Program-made: the position numbers and the translations under genes
In this document: positions 1 to 12,582 of the stretch, one piece after another
Layout: every line of letters starts with the position of its first letter
How positions within the stretch are numbered: position 1 is the stretch's first letter
The notes under the pieces: generated by a model
Database searches by the model: none
What the model was told of the DNA's origin: nothing
Seen by the model: only the letters and a program-made list of their open reading frames with translations
Assembly (NCBI GenBank): GCA_964016885.1
Contig: OZ024743.1
Location: 251,782,001-251,846,000 of the forward strand
DNA: 64,000 bases
From: Eledone cirrhosa
Lineage: Eukaryota
Direction of reading: 5' to 3'

Positions 1-3000
1 ACCACACCTAAAACTAATAAGGGTTTCGATAGAGACCTATCAGACATTGAAAGAAATGTTTTCAAAGGACGTTGGCAACCCCTGCCAAAAACCAATAAAC
101 CGTGTCCTGTTGAAATGTTTCCCCACCCCACTCAACACTCCCACCAGAACTGAAATGGAGATTGAACAACCCGATCTCCAGGAAACGGAAAAGTAAGTGC
201 ACCTTTTCGTCCTTTTTGCCAACTCTTCTCCACCAACATGGCTGACTTACGAGTTGGAAGCGTGAATGTGCATGGCCTAGGGATTCCCTGGAAACAGGGC
301 CAACTTTTAAACGACCTTAGGTCACACGGTATAGATGTAATAGCCACCACCGACTCCAGGATCCACAACAGGCAGCAACTAACTCCCATCTTCAATGACT
401 TTGAGATCTACACATCTCTCTGTCAGCCGGGATGTGGAGGGGGAGTGACTGTCATATTTCGGAAAAACCCGGATCTCGAAGTACAGCAAGTACACTTGGA
501 CCCGGAGGGTAGACTGGTAGTCCTAAACGTGAACAGTATTGGAGGTGGAGCCTTCAGACTGGTGGCCGTTTATGCCCCGACCGGGCAATCACAATCGCGG
601 CCAAACTTTTTTAAGCATCTGGAGTCTTTTCTGGGAATGTCTCGCTCCTTGCTTTCAGAGGGGACTGGTATGGTATCCTAGATGCACGATGGGACTATGT
701 GGGAGCTTGTCCCAGTAGAGGGCGATGCAACAGCCTCAAAACTTTAATTGGCCAATTCCAACTGGCCGATAGGTATCTACTGGATTTCCCGACTGCACCA
801 CAGTGGACGTGGGCAAACTGCAGCGGGACATCTAGATCGTATTTAGATAGGTTCTTCATTAGGGAAAGGGACAAGGAGATATTAAGCTGTCCACGAATGT
901 ACATGGTTGCCTATTCAGATCACAAATTAGCCATCTGCATAGTCAACCGTGACAGAACACATAGACAGGGACCCGGATACTGGAAGCTGAATGTGTTGTT
1001 GCCGGCACGTAAAGTTTACAGTGAACGGATAAGTAGACTAGTCAAGCAACAGTTAACGGGAGCTATCGTCACCAATAGATGGTGGTACTCTCTCAAGAGA
1101 GCAATTAGAGTAGGATCGATAGGATTTAGCAGAGTTAGCCTTAGAGAAAAACAAAATAGAAAGAGAACTAGTAGCCAAGGTAGGAGGCACTTAGAAGTGG
1201 AAACGCCGCTCGAGTGTTAGCGTCGAGAACGGCACTGGACCAGTTCTTCGATGCGAAAGACGAAGGCTGCGTGGTCAGAAGCAAAACACGTGCTCTAGGA
1301 AACGAAGGCACGAAAGCTGTCAGTTGGGCCCGAGTGGCGGAGGCGAAAAGCGGCAACAAGTCCACGATTCGGTCTTTGAAAGACCAAAAGGGAGACGTGC
1401 TACTTGACCCCAAGCAAATGTGTGCGGTCTTTCAGCAGCACTTTGCGCGACTGTTTGAGCAGAACGGGGCAATGGACTTTAGTTCATACCTCGACGGCCT
1501 GCCGCGTCTCTCGAACACGGACGCCGAGTTCTGCGAAAGACCGATCACGGACACTGAGATACAGAACGCTCTGGGCCGCTGTGGGAAACGCAAGTCACCC
1601 GGTCTAGATGGTCTACCCTATGCGTTTTACATAGGTATGCCGGACTTGTTCTCTGGCGTCCTTGAAGCCGTCTACTGCAATTGGCAGCAGAACGGGAGAA
1701 TTCCCGGTTCTGCAGGCAAGGGCGTAGTAACGCTGATCAGGAAAGACGAGAACAAGGGGGACGAAATTAACAACTTCAGGCCCATAACTCTGCTCAACAC
1801 AGAGTTAAAGATTTTGGCCAAGGTGCTAGCGACGAGGTTGGCGCTTGTCGTCAAGAACCTGGTAGGGAAAGCGCAAACGTGTGCAATCCCGACCAGGTCC
1901 ATATACGACAACCTCCATCTCATGCGATACATCATAGAGAGGGTGGGTAGTAAACCCGGCTTCGGTGGGGCACTGATCAATTTGGATCAGTCTGAGGCAT
2001 TCGATAGGGTCGACCATCGATACTTGGAAGCGGTTCTCAAGGCGGCCGGTTTCAGTCCCGTTTTCAGGGGCTGGATCGAGGCAATGCACACCAACATCTG
2101 CTCAATGGTCAAGGTGAACGGCTACCTATCGGAGCCATTCGCAATCACGCGTTCCATTCGACAGGGGTGCCCTCTCTTCTCCATTCTGTATGTATTGACT
2201 CTAAAGCCACTACTGCGGAAATTGGAGCTGTTGCAGGGCATCCCTCTAGAACCGGGACTGCGCAAAGCGGTGTCGGCTTATGCCGATGACGTGACGGTAA
2301 TGGTGTCGAGCACCTCGGAAATCGGGGTGATCGGCAACTTACTGAAAGAATACGAAACGCTGACGGAAGCAAAACTAAACCTGGACAAGTCTGTCGGTTT
2401 GCAACTCGGTACGTGGATAGGCAAACCGATGGTGTGCGACAGCGTCGTTGGACGCTGGACGGACGGACCGGTGAAATTGCTCGGGGTCTGGTTCGAACCA
2501 GACCTCCAGGTGGAGAAAAATTGGAACGAGGATACGGCCAATGTGTTTGCACTCACCCAGAAATGGACAGAGTGCAAACTGTCCTTGAAAGGTCGAGTGG
2601 CAGTGGAGAACACTTTCATAACATCCGTCATCTACTACCGCTTGACTGTCGTGCCTTGTCCCCGTGAACAGCTCGCCAAGATGGAACGCATGCTCTTCCA
2701 GTTTCTGTGGAAGAAGTAGATCCGTCTGCTGTCAGCACCCTTCCAGCGGAGGGCTGGAAATGCCGTGGCTGATGATGCGCAAACATGCGCTGAGGCTGCG
2801 GCATATCCGGGTATTCCTCATGGACCCCCAACCGGTGTGGGCACCGTTTCTGAGACAGGCTTTCCCGCAGCTCGTCTCGCTGACGGAGCTGCAGTCCTGG
2901 GTCAAGAAAAGACGGAAAGCGATGGGCGCCTGGCACATTGAATGTGCTCAGGCACTCACAGTCCTCTAGCAAGCGGGCACAGCAATCAGTGCAGACTCCA

Positions 3001-3883
3001 CTTCGACATTCTATAGAGGGATTGTACGTTACAAGGGCGACGACGTGCTTGGAAAGACTCTGGGTGTCGAAGACGATCAGCTCACCAGTCTGTTTGGTAG
3101 GACTTTCTGCCCGGGACCTATGGACAACTTCCAGAGGTCCCTGGCCTGGCAGTGCTACCGAAGAGCTCTACCGGTTCATGACAAAATCTACAGGCACGGA
3201 CGCCCTGGCAGGGATCCTTCCAAGAGGATGTGTCCAAGATGCGCGCAGGACATTGAAACCGTCCTGCACGCAATTGTACACTGCCCGGGCGTAACCGACC
3301 TGTGGAACTAAGCAGAACAACTGCTGTCGTGTATGGGACAAATCCAGTTGACTGCCGAGTCCATAGTAAGGATCAAACCCTCAGCCTCTTTCAAAAACGA
3401 AAGAGAGACGGTTTTCCTCTGTACAGTGGCTATGGTGAAAGAAGTTATATGGTGGACGAGATTGAGAGGACTGAGGACAGATGTCCTTCTCTCCGGACAG
3501 CAATTGATTCCCTTCTTTAAGTATCACTTTAGAAGGAGAATCAGAGTGGAGAGAGAGGCACTGCACCCCAGTAAATTTACTGAAATGTGGGTGAATGTTG
3601 CAAAAATGGCCCGAGTGATTGGGCCTTCTCTGTTTATAAGCCTGTAGGTTAAAGAAGAGAGCAAAAGGAAGAAAGGAGCACTTGCACAACACGCTCCTGG
3701 AGTTGAGGGTTGTTCTATTGACGGGGTATTAAACAACCCATTTGTGGCGTTTCCCCCCTATTAGGGATTTCAATTGTTGTAATTGTTTGTTTTTATATTT
3801 TTTTTACACGACTGTATGTAAAATCCCCGGCATGTCTTTGTATTGTCCCCTTTTCTTGTGCGCCCTTGTGGCAAATAAAGAAA
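1..3883 (+). mobile_element. Tx1/L1-clade non-LTR retrotransposon, degenerate; ORF1 cut by window edge
   Basis: APE start (GSVNVHGL...SYLDRFF...YSDHK), RT (KSPGLDGL, NFRPITLLN, AFDRVDH, RQGCPL, AYADD) and CPRC..ETVLHAIVHC zinc knuckle lie in successive frames. The 3' UTR has AATAAA at 3874-3879. Confidence 0.93.
238..3647 (+). pseudogene. ORF2 (APE endonuclease - reverse transcriptase - CCHC) broken by frameshifts and stops
   Basis: ORF pieces 238-681, 699-1220, 1214-2719, 2664-2969, 3045-3311 and 3333-3647 join into one L1/Tx1-type ORF2. Confidence 0.92.
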
Positions 3884-4322
3884 TCTATCTAGTTAGCTAG
3901 CTAGCTATCTGCCTTTCTATCTGTCCATATGTGTGTGTGTGAATACAAATGCATTGGAAGGAAGTAATTCTTTCAATCTCTAGCATTCACTCATGAATGC
4001 TAGAGATTATCCATATTGTGAACAACCGGAATATGTTTACCGTTTTCAATCTTGATTTTCAAAGTTGAAAAGAAGTTCAGTTAGTCATAAGTTCCCAACA
4101 CACTGAAAGGCAGTATACATGAATTACTTCCTTAAACTGACCATTCTGTCCTTCTTTAACAACCATATTTCCAACCATTCATTGTGGAATCAGTTCAGCT
4201 ATGTTATAGATATTATAGTATAAAAACTACATAGAGTGTAAATAATACATTAATTGAATGAGAAATATCATTTGTTTGTATGTATGTGAGTACATATGTA
4301 TGTATAGGTGTATGTATATATA

Positions 4323-4379
<57 letters not shown>

Positions 4380-4483
4380 TCAATTCCATTCACATATATA
4401 TGCAGGCATATACCTGTGCATTCATGCACACAAACACATACACACACACATATATATATATATAAAGACGTTAAACGATGATG

Positions 4484-4518
<35 letters not shown>

Positions 4519-4712
4519 CAAAGAGAGGGGGGGTGTGATGGATCCTCAACATGTGGTCTTCAAATGTTTAGCCTGCAAGATTGGATTTCCACTGCAATGC
4601 CATAGGCTGCTGGCATAACAATCATTGTCAAACTTGTGCTTCAAGGATCAGTCATATGGATTAGATATCTCAGAATGTACCACACATGATGTCCATAATG
4701 TGTAGTATATAT

Positions 4713-5344
4713 ATAGGTGTTAAAAATACTTGCATTGCTAAGAACTTTTGGAAATCCTTATAGTTTTGGTACATTAAAATTGAGATTGTTCATTCCAGTG
4801 CACATGGAACGGTAACAGCAGAAGACAGGGAGACATAGGACAAATTGTGCCTTTTAGCAATTACACAAGTAAATCTAAATAAATGCTACAAATCAATGTG
4901 ATTCAACTGAAAAAGGAAGAGATAAAAATGTGGGGTGCAATAGCTTAGTCAAGAAGAGAAAACAATAAAAAATTAATTTGGACTGCAGTTCTGAAAAGCG
5001 AATGCAAAGAATGATTGGTGATTCCTTCAGCAAGAGAGAGAAATGTGGTTGAGATGGGAGAAAGTGAGAGTGAATGAGAGAAAAATAGAAGCAGAGAAAA
5101 GGAAGGAAAATAGATAATAGGTGGTGTAATCTTTATTTTTAGGTAGGTGTTAAAAAGACTCATGTAGCTAAGACTATATCAAATAGGAATAAAAGGGGAG
5201 GGTGCACAAGACAAAGACAATGGAAAAATGAACAATCCTTTCTCTTCAACCAACTTCTCAAAATCTTTATAGTTTTGATGCATTCAACTTGAGATTATTC
5301 ATTCTAGTGCATAATAACAGAACAACACAGGAAGGCATAGGACA
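4713..5344. repeat. Degenerate direct duplication (~4713-4841 vs ~5144-5344)
   Basis: The blocks taggtgttaaaaa..gctaaga and aaatc.ttatagttttg..ttgagatt.ttcattc.agtgca..cataggaca each occur twice. Confidence 0.65.
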
Positions 5345-5350
5345 TATATT

Positions 5351-5690
5351 CACTTGAACAGAATGACTCTCTAGTTCAGCTTTATCAGACACTCTCACCC
5401 GAATAGATGTGATCTCTAGTACAACTTAATACAACACTCTCACCTGAACAGAAGTGACTCTCTAGTTAAACCTTATCAGACACTCTCACCGAAATAGAAG
5501 GGACTCTCTTGTTTATCTTTATCAGACAGTCTCACCTGAACAGAAGAACCCCTTGCTACTTCACCTTAATCAGACAGTCTCACATGAACAGAAGCCACTC
5601 AGTTCACTTTAATCAGACAGTCTCACCTGAACAGAAGCTAGTCTCTATTTCACCTTAATCAGACTGGCTCACCTTAACAGAAGTTGATCT
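5351..5690. repeat. Minisatellite, ~45-bp unit, ~7.5 copies
   Basis: Recurring ttaatcagacagtctcacctgaacagaag core with a more variable ~15-20 bp linker. Confidence 0.9.
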
Positions 5691-6074
5691 AGGCATCAGC
5701 ATATAGCAAATATTTCTATCTAAATAAATAAAAAGAAATTAGTAGAAAAACACACATAGACACAGAGAGTCACATATATCTATAGACAGACACATAACCA
5801 TACAAACACAGAAATGCATACAGACACTCACAGCATTACAAACACATGCATAAAAACAAATTCTTAATTGAATATTAAAAAAAAAAAAATTGCATACACA
5901 CGCGCTTACACAGATGTATACATATACACACCCCTAGTGATGTATACAATCTCTAATTCAATCAATGCACATACTATGTGTGTGTGTGGCAGTCTATCTC
6001 TGCTCCTCTCTCTCTCCATATATAGTGCCAGTGATAAACTAACTCATACACTAATATATATATATATATATATA

Positions 6075-6199
6075 TAACGAAGGAATTGTGGTAAGGAACC
6101 AGATGGACCATAACGCACCAGAGTACTCAATACTTAAGGTAGTAGAGTGGGTAATAGGAAAATGTTTAACCTGGCTCTGCCGTCGGGGTCATACCTTTT

Positions 6200-6203
<4 letters not shown>
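6075..6203 (-). mobile_element. HHR-3'-half mini-element (PLE-derived), copy 1
   Basis: Shares the tail gtggtaaggaacca..gagtactcaatactt..gtagtagagtgggtaataggaaaa and ctctgccgtcggggtca with the 34208 copy; flanked by (TA)n. Confidence 0.75.
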
Positions 6204-6248
<45 letters not shown>

Positions 6249-6278
6249 AGATCAAAAGATGGTTAAAAGAGTTCCATG

Positions 6279-6349
6279 TATTTTATTATGCGCATTTCAA
6301 AAACAAATATCATCATGCGATGACATTTGCGCTTTCGTCAGATAAAATA
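6279..6349 (-). ncRNA. Type I hammerhead ribozyme
   Basis: Minus strand reads tattttat CUGACGA aagcgcaaatgtcatc-gcat-gatgatatttgttttt GAAA tgcgca UA ataaaata. Stem I is a perfect 8 bp and stem III is palindromic (atgcgcat). Confidence 0.88.
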
Positions 6350-6739
6350 GGGAGACATGATATGAAGGTTAAAAAACACTTGTGAATAGTGCAGTTTTAA
6401 ATCAACATATGAAAAGTAGTTTTAGATTGATGTGTGATATTGGGAAAAAAATAGAGGAGGGGGGTGGAAAGGATGAAAAAGAGGAGGAGATGAGAGTAAA
6501 AAGTGGAGGGGGAGGAGTATAATAAGGAAGGATGAGATAGGAGGAGAGATGGGTGATAGAGAGAGAGAGATAGCTTTTATAACTGAGAAAAATATATTGT
6601 TTTACATAGAGAGGTTGAAAATTAACGAAGAGAAAGATTTTAGAATAATGTTAAATTAAGGTTTGTATATTGAAGGGTTTAATAATATGTGCGATGAAAA
6701 GAAATTGTTAATATGTATTATTAAAAAATATAAAAATAG

Positions 6740-8772
6740 TGTAGCAGGAGTTGCCTCCTTTGTTGTGACACTCACATCCCCAATAGATTAACGCTCTCTA
6801 GACAGGAAGTAGAACCCTTTCTGTAACTTCCGGTCAGAACCCTATAAAACTAACAACTTTAAGTTCTCTCTCTCTCATTCGCCTTTTCGGCTCCTGGCCT
6901 TCGCCAGGAGTCGTCGCCCAGGCGCGTTCACCTGGCAACCAAACGGTAACTAATAATTTTGTTTCATTCTCTCATCTATTCATTGACATGTCAACTATAC
7001 TGTTCTATATATCTACAAATTGTTTATTAAATATTATACACAAAAACCAATCGTCTTTGTTACATTCATACACACCAATAATTTGTTATAAGTGGTCACC
7101 CCGAAAAAAGAAAAAAATAGCAGAATCTGGTGTTGTGTGAGTAACATTACGAATACACAGCAAATTTTATTGACAAACTATGAAAATACTCAGTCAAAGA
7201 AACGCACACACGCACATGTGAAATTTTCGTGCAGACAGACTCTTTTTCCCTCACGCATCCACTAACTGTTGCAGTTCACTGTATATATATATATATGTTT
7301 CTCGTTTCTTACAACGAACATTTCAAGAACAAACAAAAAAAAAGAAATTTGATTTTAAAAAAAAAAACATTTCAACAGGAACATTTATTTTCGATGAACC
7401 TCAACCATTGCCTTTTTTTCATCGTTTTCTTCATCGTTCACAAAAGAAAAATTGAACTCGCCATATTTGTAATACTAAGTGAAGCCTTTTCTTTCTTTTT
7501 CATCATTGTCACTTTCACACACACATTTTTTTCAAAATGGCTGCCAACGACCTTTTGCACTATCATTTTGGCGCCATTTTCTCGTGCATTAGAATTTTTT
7601 TTTTTTTCAACTAAACCTTGTTTTGGCACGTGTAGGCAGCAGGATTCTCGACTCACGGAGATATCTCGATTCACTGAGATAGCCACACGCCAGGGATAAC
7701 GTTTCTCGCCAAGGATTCTCCAGCCTTAAGCTATATTCTCCTATTTGCCGGTTTAAAAATTTACCACGTAAATTTGCCGTTGAAAACTGCGCATTTATTC
7801 AGAATGCTTATTTCTTTGGTCGCTGGCCTCTTGACCCTTCCAGGTCAACGCATTCTCAACATCGACCATCAACTTCGGCTGTTATTTCTAGCACTTTGCG
7901 CAACTCATTTTTTCTGAAAAAAATATTTTTACTGTGAATTTAAACATCGAATACGCTCGCTCCGCGAGACAACAACATCAACAGCAACACAGCTTCATCA
8001 ACAACCAAAACCAGCAGAACAAGCCAGAGATTTTATTTTTGCAGCACTCTTCCTGTGAGAAAATCCATTCGGAGGTTGGAAATTTCACGATATACCACAG
8101 AACAGAAACCACCTGCATTCATTCTCTGGAACACACTTTCTTTCCTGCTGTCATGTGATTGCACACCTGTGAACTATATTTTGTACATTTGAACTTTGAG
8201 CTCTTCTCTTACTTTATTACATTGTATCTTTGGGTGATGGATAGATAGATGTCCAGTCGTTCTCTGGCCAAGAGGGGTTGGCTACTTTGATATCTATCAT
8301 TGATTTTTGCAAACATTATTTTTTTTTTTCGTAATTTTCATGCCTGTTACAACATTCTCGCCAACTTACTACATACGTATTTCATTCGATTTTTATATTT
8401 TAAAAATATGGCGGGAGATAATGTAGCAGGAGTTGCCTCCTTTGTTGTGACACTCACATCTCCAATAGAGTAACGCTCTCTAGACAGGAAGTAGAACCCT
8501 TTCTGTAACTTCCGGTCAGAACCCTATAAAACTAACAACTTTAAGTTCTCTCTCTCTCATTCGCCTTTTCGGCTCCTGGCCTTCGCCAGGAGTCGTCGCC
8601 CAGGCGCGTTCACCTGGCAACCAAACGGTAACTAATAACTTTGTTTCATTCTCTCATCTATTCATTGACATGTCAACTATACTGTTCTATATATCCACAA
8701 ATTGTTTATTAAATATTATACACACAAACCAATCGTCTTTGTTACATTCATACACACTAGTATTTTGTTATA
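6740..8772 (+). mobile_element. Non-autonomous LTR retrotransposon (TRIM-like, Gypsy-type features)
   Basis: 351-bp LTRs at 6740-7090 and 8422-8772 (~8 mismatches by eye), ATAG TSD at 6736-6739 and 8773-8776, PBS at 7093, purine tract at 8410-8421, no gag/pol motifs seen. Confidence 0.92.
7093..7104 (+). promoter_or_regulatory. Primer binding site, tRNA-Trp-like
   Basis: tggtcaccccga lies 2 nt after the LTR, one mismatch from TGGTGACCCCGA (complement of the metazoan tRNA-Trp 3' end). Confidence 0.7.
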
Positions 8773-9229
8773 ATAGTAATGTAATTAAGGATATATTGTG
8801 AAAAGAAGTAGAAGAGTGGAGGAATAAGTGTAATATGTATAAGTTAGATGAGCATGAAAGGGAGAAAAAAAATGAATTGAGGATGAATAATCTAACGTCA
8901 AAAAAATGTTTATGTTTACGAAGGATTTTTCAAGGTGATATAAAGTATTTAAAAGGGTAAGGATATATTGTGGTGAGTAATAATGAGAATTGAGAAGTAT
9001 CTAGGAAGAAAAGGTTTTTAAAGGTTTTTAGAGGTTAGAAATTAAAAGAAAAAGAAAAGAAAAAAGGAAAAGAAAGGGAAGTGATATAGAATGAGTAACT
9101 AGTATTATATAATGTATAATAAATAACATTGAAATAAGGTAGAAAGATGGGTATATTTTTAAAGAAATATATATGTATATATATATGTGCCTTTGAGAAA
9201 AGGATTTTAAATTGGTAAAGTATTAGATA

Positions 9230-9835
9230 TTAGCTGTATACTTTATGGAATGTTCTGTGGAATTTATGCAAGCAGAGAGAAAACAAGTCAGTGCGTCTAT
9301 TCATTATAGAATCTAAATTAGATATAATGGTAAATTTCTCACATAAACAGAGATTACATGTCTTGGATAGAGAACCATTCAAGTATGGAGAAGCAGAACA
9401 AACCTTCTTCCAAGAGATGTTATAGTTAATATTTTTGTCTTTCAAGGACCATATAAGTTCTGAGAGTGCCGTGTTGGTTCTTTTAAGTTGGTATTTAAAA
9501 GACAAATGATGATTATAAAGACGAGCTTTAAAGGAGGTGGAAGTGGAGCCAAAATAGGTAAAGGAATTGGTGTCAGTTATAACTTTACATTCGTAGATTA
9601 AGTTTTTTTCAAGACAATGGTTGTTGAGAGGACATTTATTTTTAACAGGGCAATTACAATTGCGATTATAGAAATTAACAGAGTTATTAAAAAGTGACCT
9701 AGTGTTATCTATAGAAGGAATTGGATTGGAGAAGTTATTTACGATAGGAATAATAGTTTCTTGATTTAGAATGGGATTAAGAACATTTAACGAAGTTGGG
9801 TTTGCAGAAGTTTGGAGAAATTTGCAGAAACTCAC
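9230..9835 (-). pseudogene. PLE GIY-YIG endonuclease C-terminal fragment
   Basis: CNC..KNKCPLNNHCLEKNLIYECKV..YFGSTSTSFKARLYNH..CNLCLCEK..C.HK, a Penelope/Poseidon-type EN. Confidence 0.9.
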
Positions 9836-9840
9836 CTCCT

Positions 9841-9882
<42 letters not shown>

Positions 9883-9894
9883 GTGTATGTGTTG

Positions 9895-10072
9895 GGGAGG
9901 TCCTGAGAAGAGCCTGACTTTGGGTAAAAGAAAATACAGGAGGATCAGTTAATGATGATTTATTCAACATATTCTCAGATTCACATACTTATTGCAGTGG
10001 TCCTACCTTCCCTGTAAAAGTAGCAGCTCTACCCTTTCACAATACACTTAAAGCAAGGAATTTTTCAGTAGT
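9895..10072. mobile_element. Degenerate Tc1/mariner-type MITE
   Basis: Imperfect TIR pair cctgagaagagcctgacttt / aaagcaaggaatttttcag in a TA-rich context. Confidence 0.45.
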
Positions 10073-10135
10073 TATAGATATTTATATGTGTGTATATATA
10101 TAGTTAAATATATGTGCATATTTATCTATCTATCT

Positions 10136-11100
10136 AACCGGTGTGGGCCCCGTTCGTGAGGCGAGCCTTCCTACGACTCGTCTTGCTGACCGAGTTGTAG
10201 TCCTGGGTCAAGCAAAGAACGAGGAAAATGGGCGACTGGCACATCGAATGTGCTAAGGCGCCCACAGCCCTCTGGCAGGCGGACCCGGTGATCAGTGGAG
10301 ACTCCACTTCGTCATTCTATAGAGGGTTGATCCGCAGCAAGTGCGGCGACGCGCTCGGAGAAGTTCTAGGCGTAGAGGAAGACGAACTGGCCAGTCTGTT
10401 CGGTAGGACCTTCCGCCCGAGACCGATGGACAACTTCCAAAAGTCCCTGGCCTGGCAATGCTACCAAGCTCTACAGACCTGGGTGCCCAGGCAGGGACCC
10501 TTCGAAAAGGATCTGTCCGAGATGCGTGCGAGACGAACAAACCGTCGCGCACGCATTCATACACTGCCCGGGCGTTACCGACCTGTGGGGCTATGTAGAA
10601 CGACTATTGTCGCGGGTGGGACCAATCCGGTTGACCACCGAGTCCATTGTCATAATCAAACCGCCACCCCCCTTCAAAAACGATAGCTATGGCGAAAGAG
10701 GGTAAAAGTGTTGAGGTCAGACACCCTTCTCTCCGGCCAACAGCTGATTCTTTTTTTCAAATACCACTTTGGAAGAAGAATCAGGATGGAGAGAGAGGTG
10801 CTGTACCCCAGCAAGTTTTATGAAAGGTGGGTGAAAGTGGCGTGAATGGGCCTTCTCTCTATATCAGCCTGTAGGTTGAGGAAAAGGAGGAAGGGGCTAC
10901 AAACTCTTCGTACTCCTGGAGATGAGGGTTGCACATTTTTTCGGGGGTATGTGTTACCCATATGAAATGTCTCCCCCTATTGGGGAAAATCAATTAACTT
11001 TTCAATTGCATATGTGATAATATTTTACACGTTTTTAATGTATGTAAACATCCCCCTTTGTATTTGTCCCCTTCTTTTGTGCCCCTGTGGCTAATAAAGA

Positions 11101-11102
<2 letters not shown>
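10136..11102 (+). mobile_element. 5'-truncated Tx1-like LINE related to the 1-3883 element
   Basis: Aligns to 2830-3883 (PMDNFQKSLAWQCY; same 3' end cttttgtgcccctgtggctaataaagaaa); lies between (TATC)n and (TA)n. Confidence 0.9.
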
Positions 11103-11181
<79 letters not shown>

Positions 11182-11188
11182 TAAAATA

Positions 11189-11264
11189 ACAGATTAATGT
11201 TCAAGCAAAGAATCACTGCTTTCACCCTTAACGGGATCTTCTGAAACTAAAAAATTCAATCTGT
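11189..11264 (-). ncRNA. Variant hammerhead (CAGAAGA core), inverted pLTR copy
   Basis: Reverse-complement copy of the 14299-14376 motif with a few substitutions. Confidence 0.5.
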
Positions 11265-11378
11265 GAACGCAGAAGTAAATATTTCGAAAGTGGAGCGCAT
11301 TACTTACCATCAACTGCTAGATAATGCTGTAACTAAGGACTACCGTAAAACTAATCGGAGCGTCATTAATGACATCAA

Positions 11379-11539
11379 GTTGTTTCTACATTAGGCACAA
11401 GGCCAGCAATTTCCCAGTGTATTACTGGTACTTCATTTTATCGACCCCGTAAGGATGAAAGGCATCCTTACGGGGTCGATAAAATAAAGTACCAGTAATA
11501 CACTGGATAATTGCTGGCCTTGTGCCTAACGTAGAAACA
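11379..11539. mobile_element. Fold-back (head-to-head) SINE 3' half with 14-bp TSD
   Basis: Arms at 11380-11457 and 11463-11540 with loop aaagg; attaatgacatcaa is duplicated at 11365-11378 and 11540-11553. Confidence 0.88.
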
Positions 11540-11757
11540 ATTAATGACATCAACGATGCTGGGTTTAAAATCACCTCTGATCTCAACCCCTGGACCGGTC
11601 TGAACCTCTGGACCGTATTTCTCCCCACTTTACCCTGAAGGATCACAAATCCAATTTTCCGAACAACCCCTCTATTCGGCTTATTAACCCTACTAAGTCC
11701 GATTTAGGTAGACTTAATAAAAGGACTTTAGATAAAATTATACCTGAAATTAGAAGT

Positions 11758-12582
11758 TTGGCCCCTCTTGCACTGTGGAACAATTCTTTCGCGGTTATTG
11801 ATTGGTTCAACGGCATATGCAACAAGGAACATTGCCGTTTTATCCAATTCGACATCAATAATTACTACTCCTCCATCATTTTAGCACTTCTTAGAGCTAT
11901 AAATTTTGTTAAAACACTTACAGTGGTTAAGGATTTCGAAGTTGATGTCATCTTCAATGCCCGTAAGTCGGTGATTAATTTCGATGACTCTATTTGGATT
12001 AAAAAATCTAATAGTACCCCATTCGACGTGAGTATGGGCGCCAGCGATTCTGCGGAGGTTACTGATCTTATCGGCCTTTTCCTTCTTTTCTCTATCAAGG
12101 CTGAATTCCCCAACGTGGGCGATGGTTTGTACCATGACGACGGTCTTTTGACCATGACAAAGTGCGGCCCACGTGCTTGCGACAGGTTCAGAAAAGAACT
12201 CACAGCCTTCTTTGAAGGCTTCAACCTCTCCATACAGGTTGAGGCCAACCTCTCGGTCGTTTATTACCTCGACGTTACCCTCAAGTTGTCGAATGGCTTG
12301 CACTACCCGTATAAAAAGCCGAATGATACGCTTAATTACATAAGTAAGCATTCTAACCATCCTGCCAGCATAACCAAGAACCTGGTAAGAAACCTTTCTT
12401 TGAGGCTTTCCCGTCTATCTACGAACGAGCATATTTTCACCGACCATTCCACATATTACAATGAAGCTCTTGCTCGGAGTAGATTTGTCGATAAGGTAGC
12501 ATATACAGAGTATGAGAATAGACCTAGGAAAAATATCACCCGACGCATTATATGGTATAACGCACTATATAATATGGGCTAG
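11758..12582 (+). pseudogene. PLE reverse transcriptase fragment
   Basis: 274-aa ORF with Penelope RT domains, ending at RRIIWYN; homology continues upstream to ~11290. Confidence 0.9.

Larger units (their letters stand above)
6248..9838 (-). mobile_element. Penelope-like element, 5'-truncated (GIY-YIG + long 3' region with HHR), interrupted by an LTR element
   Basis: GIY-YIG ORF at 9230-9835 and an HHR at 6279-6349 on the same strand. Confidence 0.8.

Noticed and set aside
5351-5690. CRISPR-like repeat/spacer appearance
   Set aside because: The linkers are short and related to each other, there are no cas genes, and the context is eukaryotic.
6180-6192. cgtcggggtca in the mini-elements matching the tRNA-Trp 3' end
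   Set aside because: Only 11 nt and no CCA; better explained as the HHR GUC plus the stem I strand.
7229-8158. ORFs inside the LTR element as gag/env
   Set aside because: Low complexity, with no CCHC or other recognisable motif.
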